DNA of 63,562 bases, the filler included, from Octopus bimaculoides (taxonomy: Eukaryota): NCBI RefSeq assembly GCF_001194135.2. It is 5 parts of 4 records of this genome, joined end to end, with 100 filler letters (N's around TTAATTAATTAA, not from the genome) between each part and the next. Parts side by side here need not be neighbours in the genome. Positions count along the whole stretch, not along the records: positions 38,878 to 61,328 come from NC_068997.1; positions 61,429 to 63,562 come from NC_068989.1; 3 more parts are not named here. One strand, 5' to 3'. Shown here piece after piece: positions 53,835-63,562 of the stretch. The first letter of the stretch is position 1, and every line of letters begins with the position of its first letter. Below the pieces are notes generated by a model that saw only the letters and a list, made by a program, of their open reading frames with translations, was not told where the DNA came from and ran no database searches. Made by a program: the position numbers and the translations under genes.

Positions 53835-54185
53835 ACGGCTGTGAAGTTATGAAGCTTGCTTCTCAGTCCTGTAGTTTTGGGTTCAGTTCCACTGTGTGGC
53901 ACCTTGGGCAAGTGTCTTCTACTTGAGCCGCAGACTGATTGTCTTGTGAATAAACTTGATTGACGAAAACTGTATGGAAGCCTGTCGTGTGTGTGTGCGT
54001 ACACGCGTATGTATTTGTTTTTGTCCCCATCACCACCACTTGACAACCGGCGTTGGTTTGCCGTAACTTAGCGGTTCAACAAAAGTGTCCGATAGAGTAA
54101 GTACCAGGCTTATAAAACGAAGTACTGAGGTTGATTTGTCCGACTAAACCCTTCGAGGTTGTGTCCCAGCATAGCCGCAGTCGTT
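53835..54185 (+). mobile_element. SINE family A, diverged
   Basis: GGCACCTTGGGCAAGTGTCTTCTAC; CCGTAACTTAGCGGTTC. Confidence 0.75.
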
Positions 54186-54274
54186 TATTGTAAAAGGTGA
54201 TGGATTTAAGCAGCCTGATGGTGCGTCGAACAAAATACCTGGAGACAATTAGGCCACATCGTATTGTGTTTATT

Positions 54275-54470
54275 CTTTTACTTGTTTCAGTCGTTTGACT
54301 GCGGCCATACTGGAGCACCGCCTTTAGTCGAGCAAATCGACCTTAGGACTTATTCTTTGTAAGTCTTGTACTTATTCTATCGGTCTCTATTTGCCGAACC
54401 GGTAAGTTACGTGGACGTCAAGCGATGTTGGGTGCACAGACGCAGACACACAAACACATACACACACACA

Positions 54471-54514
<44 letters not shown>

Positions 54515-54680
54515 CGACAGGCTTCTTTCAGTTTCCGCCTACCGAATCCACTCACAAGGCTTTGGTCAGCCAGAGGCTATAGTAGAAAACACTTGCCCAA
54601 GGTGTCACGCAGTGGGACTGAACACGGAACCATGTGGTTGGTAAGCAAGCTGTTTACCACACAGCCACGCCTGCGCCTAT
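54275..54680 (-). mobile_element. SINE family A
   Basis: Near-full copy. Confidence 0.85.
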
Positions 54681-54764
54681 GAGGGCAAAGTCATTTTATT
54701 AAATGCTTATTTTCAAAATTAATTAAAACAAAAAGCCACTGGATTTCAATGGAAATTTGAAAAA

Positions 54765-55000
54765 GAGGCGGTGACGGCAATGTGCTGGCAGAACCGTTAG
54801 CATGCCGGACAAAATGCTTAGCGTCATTTCGTCCCGTCTTCGCGTTCCGAGTTCAAATTCCGCTGGGGCCGACTTTGCCTTTCACCCCTTTCGGAATCGA
54901 TAAAATGAGTACCAGTCAAACTACTGGAGTCGATTAAGTCGACTAACCCCTTCCCCTAAAAGATTTTAGGCCTTGTGCCTATAATAGAAAGGATTATTAG
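54765..55000 (+). mobile_element. SINE family B, full length
   Basis: CTGGCAGAACCGTTAGC head, GAGTTCAAATTCC B-box, GGCCTTGTGCCT...ATTATT tail. Confidence 0.85.
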
Positions 55001-55074
55001 CTATATAGACGTAGGCATGGCTGCTCGTTTAGGAAACTCACTTCGTAACAGCATTTCTTCGCGTTCGGTCCCAC

Positions 55075-55290
55075 ACATCATCATCATCATCATCATCATT
55101 TCATGTCCGCTTTCCATGCTGGTATGGATTGGACGGCTTAACAGGAACTGGTAAGATTAATGGCCGCACCAAGCTCCATAGTCTGTTTTCGCTTTGGTTT
55201 TCTACGGCTGGATGCCCTTCCTAACGCCAACCACTTCGCAGAGTGTACTCGGCTCTTTTTATGTGGCACCAGTGCTTTTTACGTGGAGAC
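55075..55290 (-). mobile_element. Family D 3' end
   Basis: (ATC)n...CCGCTTTCCATGCTGG...GCTGGATGCCCTTCCTAACGCCAACCAC. Confidence 0.75.
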
Positions 55291-55704
55291 TTAGTTTCAG
55301 GATATGAATTCAATTGTGGTGGCCGGGTCTTCTCAAGTACAGCAGTGCGCCACATATCTTGTTCCTCTGTCATCTCCTTCGTATGTATGTATGTGTGTGT
55401 GTGTCGGTTTGTTTACGTCTCGGTAACCTAGAAGTTCTGCATGGGAAATAAGCCCTAGTGTTGATTTGCTTGATTTAAACCTTTTAAGGCGCTGTCCTAG
55501 CATGGCCACTGTCCAGAAACTGAAACAGGTAAAAAAAGAAAAAAAGGGGGATGCGTATGTGTGTTTGTATTTACTTCCCACCTATCACTTGACAGTCGGT
55601 GTTGCTTCGTTTACGTTTCCGTAAACTTAGCGGGTCGGCAAAAGGAAAGACCAGAAGAGTAAGTACCAAGCTTAACCTTTTTCTCTCACCTATGTATCAG
55701 ATGT

Positions 55705-55880
55705 AGTGAAGGCGCTCGGCCTAGTGGTTAGTACGCTTGTAAGGTCGTGAGTTCTATTTCCGGCAATGCGTTGTGTTCCCGAGTAAGACACTTTATTTCC
55801 AGTTACTCCAGTCCACTCAGCCGGCGAAAATGAGTAGTACCTGTAATTACAAAGGACCAGCAGACTTGTCACACTCTGTC
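55705..55880 (+). mobile_element. SINE family C
   Basis: GTGAAGGCGCTCGGCCTAGTGGTTAG head; CTCCAGTCCACTCAGC core. Confidence 0.75.
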
Positions 55881-56066
55881 GTGCTGAGAGTAAAAGAGTA
55901 TAGGTTCAGATGAAACAAGGGGTTTATATCACTCACAAGATGAAACGAGGGTTCTCTAAATGTCTGTAAACAAGGTTGGACTTTCTGGACACGCTTATGG
56001 AAATGCTTTGGGCAGGGAAAGGGTTTTAAAAAAATACATGCTGGGGCTCAGTTTGTTCGACTGAGC

Positions 56067-56310
56067 CAGTGGTTCTTAACTGGGGTTCCATATAAGGTTT
56101 TGTTGTTAAAAATATGTGCAACGAGCTGGTTATATTCCTACAATACTCAAAATATTTTAACAATTATTTTTATACATTTCCTAATAATATTTATTTATAA
56201 AAATATAATGGGACTTTTTTTAAAATATCGAATGGCTGAGGGTTCATCCGCATAAAATAGAAATCGAAGGGGATCCATAGGCAAAAACAAAAAAAAACAA
56301 TGTTTGAGAA
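56067..56310. mobile_element. hAT(Charlie)-like MITE, eroded right end
   Basis: Left terminus CAGTGGTTCTTAAC; right remnant TTTGAGAA. No clear TSD. Confidence 0.45.
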
Positions 56311-57629
56311 TTTTATGCTGGGGTCGAGTTGTTCGACTGAAACCCTTCAAGGCAGTACTCCAGCATGGCCGCTGAAACGAGTAAGATGTAGAAGCAGTTT
56401 ATAAATGTTCCTCTCGATATCAGAAAGAAAACGCCCCAAACGTCACAATTCCACGTCCCCCCCCCTTTTTTGCTATAAATACATTTCTATTATACAATTG
56501 CACTTTTTCAGTACGTATTTCTTCTCTTTTAGTTTTATGCATTTTCAAATATTTCATTCTTTTAAAAAGAAAAAAAGAATGTCGGCGTCGTCATCGTTGT
56601 CATGGTTATTTTAAAGTTATTTTATCTTAAGTCGACCTGGAGATTTTTTTTTTCCTTTTATTCATTCATTCATTCGTTCGTTCTTTGCGTCTCATTTTAA
56701 GATGAGTTTGGTAGATGTGACCTCAGAAGAGAGTTCCCAACCACGCTGACCTGATTTACGCATATATTTCTGTCCCCCCCCCCTCATCCTCTATCTGTCT
56801 GTCTATCCCTCTCTCAGCTACTTTTTCGGCTCCTCGTCCTCCTTTTCCTGCCTTTGTCTCTCACTCTATCTCTCTTTCCTTCCCTGTTTCTCCTCTTCTT
56901 CTTGCCTTTCTCTGTCTCTCTATCACCCCCTCTCTCAGCCACTTTTCTCCTCCTTCTACCTTTGTCTCTCTCTCTCTCTCTCTGGCTTTCTGTCTATAAT
57001 CCAAGTCTGTGTTTTATTTACGGTATTTGCAGGTAACGAAACCAACATTCCGGATACTGATGTTCTTAAACCTCTTATATAATCCTCACTAATTTGTACC
57101 AGCGTACTGGTACCCGTATTTCATATTTCATTTAATTATTTAAGTAAATTAGACATTTGTTTAATTTAGAATGCGTTCACCAAGGTAACCACCCGCGGTT
57201 CAGAAGAATCACTAATCCGGAAAGTCTTTGAACTAAAAGTTCCGGAAAATCGATGTTGTACCTGTATTACTGTCTATCTTTTTGTCTGTCTCCTTAATTT
57301 CCCCCTCCTTTCTCTCCCCTCTCTCGTATACATACATACGTGTGTATGTATGTATGTGTGTGTGTATGTGTAAATGGCAGACGGAGATAATTAGGCAAAT
57401 TTCTGTTCAATAAATCATTTACATTCTACTTCACTATTGTCATTTTCTCCTTCCATTTGTCTTTTGTCGTTTCTTAATTCTATGTTAAAAAACATTAATT
57501 ATAATTAATGCATGTGTTACTGTTAAATTTAGCGTTGCACTACGAGGAATAAATAGTCATTTCTTTGACCTTTTTGCGATGAGTGATGTCTTATCACCCA
57601 TCGACGGGTTATTAATTCTGTTAAACTTG

Positions 57630-58000
57630 TGGGACAATGGTCATTCATAAAGACATGCACATAGTCTGGAAAAGGATAGCTAAAAAGAAAATGCCAACTG
57701 ACGAAGTTGGTTATATTGAGATCGTTGGGTCAAAAGAATATACAGCCGACCAGATATTGCTATTTGGGACCACACGGAAAAGTTACGTTCTGTTATGGAA
57801 ATCATCTGTCCTCTGGGCATTAATCTGGTTAGAAAAATTCAAGAGAAAGGGATCATCGAGGGACCATTGTTAAGGAGTTTTGAAATCAGTACCCGGGATA
57901 CATTTTCAGTTTCATACTTGTTATTATTGGAGCAATAGGATAAGTACCAACCCGTCTGGAGCAAAGTGTGACTGAACTTGGAGTCTTGGAGAAAGAACGC
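57630..58000 (+). mobile_element. RLE-type non-LTR retrotransposon endonuclease fragment (NeSL/R4-like), degenerate
   Basis: Frame missed by the ORF track, from 57744: SRPDIAIWDHTEKLRSVMEIICPLGINLVRKIQEK; after a frameshift ILVIIGAIG*VPTRLEQSVTELG. RPD, E..K and GA(L/I)G motifs of PD-(D/E)xK RLE. Confidence 0.7.
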
Positions 58001-58454
58001 AACTCATTCATTCATACAAATTTCAAATAAACGAGATATCCTGAACAATAAATATACAAGACCTTTAGATTTGCTACAAAGCAGGTACCTGGTCAAAATT
58101 AATTTTTAATTAGTAATAGAAAAAGGAAACACACACACACAAGACTTTTCCCCAAGTACAATACGTGAATTTGCGTTTGTTATCTCCATTCCAAAGATGG
58201 AGTCTTCATTATCTTTGTTGGAAAACAGCTTTTTTTCTTTCAGGAAGGTTTCAAATGGTTCAAGGTAGAAGAGAGACGTACATACACACAGACAGACAGT
58301 CAAATGGTGCAGGTATGGCGATGTGCAGTTTTGAGTTCCGTTCCACTTGTAGCAGAAATCTTCGTTGGCAGATGTCTTCTACTGTGGCCCCAAGGCGACC
58401 AATGCCGAGTGAGCGGATTTAGTAGACGGAAACTGTGCGGAAGCACGTCATATA

Positions 58455-58508
<54 letters not shown>

Positions 58509-58905
58509 AGCCTTGTATGTTATTGTTTAAGAACCTTGTTTCTTTAGGTTCCCGTAACTTAGCGGTTCGGCAAAGGAGTCCCATACAAGTAGTACTAAAC
58601 AAATAGTATTTACTAATTAGCAACGAAGCATTATTGCAGCCAAAAGGTAATCTTTATATCCAACTTAACGTAGATGCTTTGTTAGAACGCCGAATGCTGC
58701 GTTATTAGCCTCGAAGATCTTATATTGGCGATAAAAGTACACACATAGATCGTAGCAGACAAGAATTGTATGTTATGGGCAATACTTAGTTAAATTTGTT
58801 CGTCTAAGCCCTTCGACTAGGTACCCCAGCGTAGTTGCAGTTCAATGACTAAAATAATTGCGCGTCTACGCACGCACATACATACATACATACATACATA
58901 CATGC

Positions 58906-58943
<38 letters not shown>

Positions 58944-59026
58944 CAAAATTTATAGAGGACAGAAGGCAAAGACAGATGTAGGAAGAACAAGCAGGTGTAT
59001 TAGCTTAACGCTCAGGAAGAATGGAA

Positions 59027-59062
59027 GAATCTTTGACGTTTCAAGCCTACGCTCTTCGTCAG
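59027..59062 (-). ncRNA. Minimal hammerhead ribozyme motif, canonical core
   Basis: Minus strand reads CTGACGA-A-GAGC-GTAG-GCTT-GAAACGTC-AAAG: canonical boxes, palindromic ACGU helix III, GUC triplet. The 5' strand of helix I does not pair in this copy. Confidence 0.65.
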
Positions 59063-59254
59063 ACGGGTTTAAGGGGAAAAGAAGGAAAGAGAGAATGAAA
59101 AAAACGGAGAGAGAAAAAATTTTTTGTATGGGTTAACAGTTCAGCATGACGAAATAGCCAGGCTATATACACACGCCTATGTATATACACACACGTATAT
59201 ATATGTTTGATAGTCGCTTCATGTCAGGTTCGGGAGAAGGCCAGAGAGCAAGAC

Positions 59255-59345
59255 CAGGACTGTTGAGTTTAACAAAAGTCTTTGATACAGTAATCCGTGA
59301 TGCCCTCGGGGACGTCCTGCGCAGTTTTGGGTGCCCCCCAAAACG
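59255..59345 (+). mobile_element. RTE-clade RT fragment
   Basis: LSLTKVFDTVIRDALGDVLRSFGCP matches the RTE motif DLTKAFDTV.R..LW.VL..FGCP. Confidence 0.65.
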
Positions 59346-59357
59346 ACGGGCGGAATA

Positions 59358-59394
<37 letters not shown>

Positions 59395-59744
59395 TTCCTG
59401 TTCATCTGTGTGTGCGTGTGTCATACTCTCAATCTCACTTGTCCCTCCACTCACCCCACCTTCCCTCTACCTTTCCTTCTGAATAAGTTTATCTCTCTCC
59501 ATAAAACTATACTCTATTATTCTCTCTTCAATAGTTCATTCTAAGTTTCTCCCACCTACCTCTTCTCAATCTACTTTTGTATATATATATAGGATACACA
59601 CACATTCATTTAAGCCTGTGTAATTAGTAATAGAGCAACTTGAATAAAGTAGTTACTAATGAATGCACTTATTTGTGTTATAATAATTTTAGTCTTACAA
59701 CATAACAGAATCACATTCTTTTTGAAACACACCCAACTCATCTA

Positions 59745-59778
<34 letters not shown>

Positions 59779-59792
59779 GTATATACATACAT

Positions 59793-59847
<55 letters not shown>

Positions 59848-60529
59848 GTGTGTGCACATGCTCATACACACACACATATATCTGCATACACGCGTTTATT
59901 AAAATATAGTTATTAATATACGTGAAACGCACGATTTTGCGTTTGCAGAGAATATAACTTGCTTATGTAACTGTAACTCACACGTGTTCGTATAATGTCC
60001 CATAGACATTCAGCTACACTCGTATCTATATATAAACATACGTTTATCAATATGTATGCGTATGCGTGTGTGTAGATAGATATAAACACATATATGAGCA
60101 TATTTATATGTGTGTGTGTATGTATTTATAAATGTTATATGCACACACAGACACATAAAGATACTGTTCGTCTGGTGTTCTCAAGCGAGGGAGAACGATC
60201 TCCCTCACACCGTACCCCGGTCTCTCTCTTTAGTTGGGCCTGTTTGCATGTTTTTAGTTGTAATTAGCTAAGTGCAGCAGAATGTCAAGCACACACACAC
60301 GCATACACACACACTTTATATCTATATCTATACATATAGATATATATATATATATATAAACATATGAACACACACACACTGACAAAAATGTCCCAGCCAG
60401 TCGCTGCCGCTTTACGTTATAATTCTACTGTCCCACCGTTTGTCTCTTTCTCTCTGTGTGTTTGAATCTCTTTCTCTCCCTCCGTCACTATCTATCTATC
60501 TATCTGTCTGTCTTTATATCTTTGTGTTA

Positions 60530-60604
<75 letters not shown>

Positions 60605-61181
60605 CATACATACACACGTCTCAGTGTCGCTGTACTTTTTTTAGGGAGAGAGAAAGGGCGACAAGAAATTAGGTGTTGTTAGCTCAAACGAAATATGCAA
60701 AGGTGGGTGTGGTTCGCTTCGTCGCCATAACCAATTTCGTTGTTATTGTTGCTGTTGTTGTACTTTGGTTGTAGTTTGAGGTAGGAGTAGGTATGTTAAG
60801 AGGGTGGGTATGTAGGTAGTGGGTAGACGGGTTACCAAATATCTTGTTTTTTTTAAATATTTTAAAAAATTTCTTTTACAAATTTCGTTTCGTTTTCGGT
60901 CTTCGTTTCCACTACTACTACTACTGCTGTCACGTATGGTCGGTAAAGCTATGTAGAAGTTGTCTGTTGTGATGGCCACGATGCTGTTGGCGTTGTTGTT
61001 GTTGTTGTTACTGCTATTTGTCAGTGACGGTCCGTGTTCTTCTTTTACTTGTTGTTTGTGTTGCAGTCAACAGCACTCTGCCGTTTTCCGTAGGTGCTTG
61101 TGTATGTGTGTATATAACCTCTTTTAATATAAGCTAAATTCTGTATTAACCTCTCACATTGCCAGCAGGTGCGTGCGTGCA

Positions 61182-61243
<62 letters not shown>

Positions 61244-61328
61244 CAGGGTGTCCACAAAGTCTGGGTACATGGGGATTAACACATACTTTAAGAAATTATT
61301 ATTTCTTATATTTAATTGTTTATGTTAT
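61244..61328 (+). mobile_element. Tc1/mariner terminus, cut by a scaffold join
   Basis: TA-CAGGGTGTCCACAAAGTCTGG inserted in (TA)n. Confidence 0.55.
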
Positions 61329-61372
61329 NNNNNNNNNNNNNNNNNNNNNNNNNNNNNNNNNNNNNNNNNNNN

Positions 61373-61384
61373 TTAATTAATTAA
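61373..61384. other. Artificial scaffold-join linker
   Basis: N44-TTAATTAATTAA-N44. Confidence 0.95.
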
Positions 61385-62052
61385 NNNNNNNNNNNNNNNN
61401 NNNNNNNNNNNNNNNNNNNNNNNNNNNNTATATATATATATATATATATATATTCCGTTGGGTCTGGGGAGATTAATTTTCTGTTTGTGCCCTATAATTT
61501 ACCATACTCACCGGTAAAATTTCCACTTTTATTTTCCTAATATTTTCGTTGCGTCTTGCAACATTTTCCATACATTTTCTGTTATTTACACTGCGTTCCC
61601 TTTTGTTTGTGCGCATGTGTATGGGTCAGTGTGTGTATGTGACTATGCACGCATGCATGTGTGTATGTATGCATTTGTGTATGTATTTATGTATGTATGT
61701 ATGTATGTATGTATGTATGTATGTATGTATATGCGCGTATGCATATGTACATATATATATATGTACGTACCTACATATATATGTATATGTACATGCATAT
61801 ATGGATACAGGACATCAAAAACAAAAACCTAGACAGAATGAGAAGCGAGAACATAAAAACATAGAAAACGAACTTTTTTCATACTCCGCAAAACAGGGGA
61901 CAACTGATAAAGGGAGTGTTCTTTATGTTGCATGTCTCGTTTCTCTGTTTTTTTCGTTGTTGGAAAAAGTTTGTTTCCTATGCTTTTGTTTTTTACGTAC
62001 TCATTTCTCATTCTGTCTACGTTTTTTAATGTCTTCTACCAATATATGAATG

Positions 62053-62087
<35 letters not shown>

Positions 62088-63562
62088 NNNNNNNNNNNNN
62101 NNNNNNNNNNNNNNNNNNNNNNNNNNNNNNNNNNNNNNNNNNNNNNNNNNNNNNNNNNNNNNNNNNNNNNNNNNNNNNNNNNNNNNNNNNNNNNNNNNNN
62201 NNNNNNNNNNNNNNNNNNNNNNNNNNNNNNNNNNNNNNNNNNNNNNNNNNNNNNNNNNNNNNNNNNNNNNNNNNNNNNNNNNNNNNNNNNNNNNNNNNNN
62301 NNNNNNNNNNNNNNNNNNNNNNNNNNNNNNNNNNNNNNNNNNNNNNNNNNNNNNNNNNNNNNNNNNNNNNNNNNNNNNNNNNNNNNNNNNNNNNNNNNNN
62401 NNNNNNNNNNNNNNNNNNNNNNNNNNNNNNNNNNNNNNNNATATATATATATATATATAGTTATGTACATATATGTATGTATATATGCATATATTTATAT
62501 ATTGTTTATATTATTATATGATCGAACGCCACACATCCTTTTCCAAATAAGTATATATATATAAAACTATAAATACAAGCGTAAAAGTTATTAAATAATT
62601 TATTACGAATGGTCGGCATGTATAATAAAAAGCATTAGACGTAAATTATTTGTTTATCAGAGTGTATAAATACATGGAGAGAAGACAATCGATAACACTT
62701 CTTACATGCTAGAAACAAATTCCTAAGACACGTTGCATGCGCGTACTAAAATGAATAAACATTTAGTAATATTTACCCTTATATTTATATTTAAAGTTTT
62801 CAATTACTAGGCCATTTATTAGACGATTGAATCTATTCCCTGCTGTATATTCTGACTGAACACTTTGGGACACTATAGTTGAATCCATCAACTGAGAGCG
62901 CGCGTGTTTAATTTATGTTTAAGGTACGTATTTCAGTTTCATAATTATTCATTTTTCCTAGCGACCTTACTGACGAGCTACATATGACGTATCGATCAAT
63001 TGATTAAATTGATTTATTAATTCATTAATAGTGAAACTCATGAGTATAGGGCTTACTGAATTTTTATTCATTCTAGTGCCCACATTTTTTTCGTGGTTTG
63101 GGTTGTGACTGCCCTTTCTAACAAGTAAGAAGTCCTATCGATGGTCTTTTTTGTGTATTTATACACTCTTATAAATATATATACATATACTAGCTGAATT
63201 ACCGAGCGTTTCCCTGGTTACTGCTGTTCATTTTCAGATTAGTTAACAAGGAAAGACGACAGATGTCCCCAAGGAGAAAATTCAAGGACGTGAGCTCTTG
63301 AGAAATCTTACGCAAGAGTCTTTTTTGTGCATAACGCAAAAGATTATGCAGCAGCTCACGTGGCTACGCCAAGCACAGACGAGGAACCTTGCCCCCCACT
63401 GCGCAACACCACCGCAGCCAACAGACATGGAATGGCCTCCCCTAACGCCTGCACAGGCATCACGCCAATATTTTTACTAAATATTGGGGGCCTGTTGCAT
63501 AATAATAATAAAAGCAAAATTTCCTTCCTGAGAGATCTTGCTGCATGCAATCAAGCCCTATG

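Noticed and set aside
56440-56482. TATA-like CTATAAATA with upstream ACGTCA/CACGTC
   Set aside because: Such motifs are expected by chance in AT-rich DNA, and no downstream exon was identified.
57028-57268. Possible pogo/Tigger-like MITE (CAGGTA...TTCCGGA ends)
   Set aside because: Left TIR too eroded to support.
60187-60206. 8-bp hairpin GAGGGAGA-ACGA-TCTCCCTC
   Set aside because: Too short to exceed chance.

Overview
Eukaryotic, AT-rich draft-assembly sequence, dense in microsatellites and repeats. The SINE repertoire looks like that of an octopod cephalopod (inference from recalled repeat families, not a search result). I could not identify any host protein-coding gene. Almost all ORFs in the track come from microsatellites, N gaps or SINEs. 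Real coding remnants are all transposon-derived: a Tx1/L1-like zf-RVT tail, two kinds of Penelope-like element (PLE), RTE-clade fragments, RLE-type (R4/Dong-like and NeSL-like) fragments and Tc1/mariner ends. There are also hAT and mariner MITEs and several tRNA-derived SINE families. Four N44-TTAATTAATTAA-N44 spacers are artificial scaffold joins, so the window is five blocks whose adjacency is unverified. The most notable signal is five hammerhead-ribozyme-like motifs of the minimal PLE/retrozyme type. The best one (44641-44696, minus) has complete helix I/II/III topology but a swapped G3-C8 core (GUGAACA instead of CUGANGA). Other highlights: a 181-bp near-perfect palindrome, a TIR element wrapping a tRNA-like sequence, a 44-bp perfect fold-back at a PLE/RTE junction, and a CpG-poor block (about 13.1-38.8 kb) with strand-biased SINEs that may be the intron of an unseen gene. 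Repeat boundaries were read by eye and are approximate unless stated.
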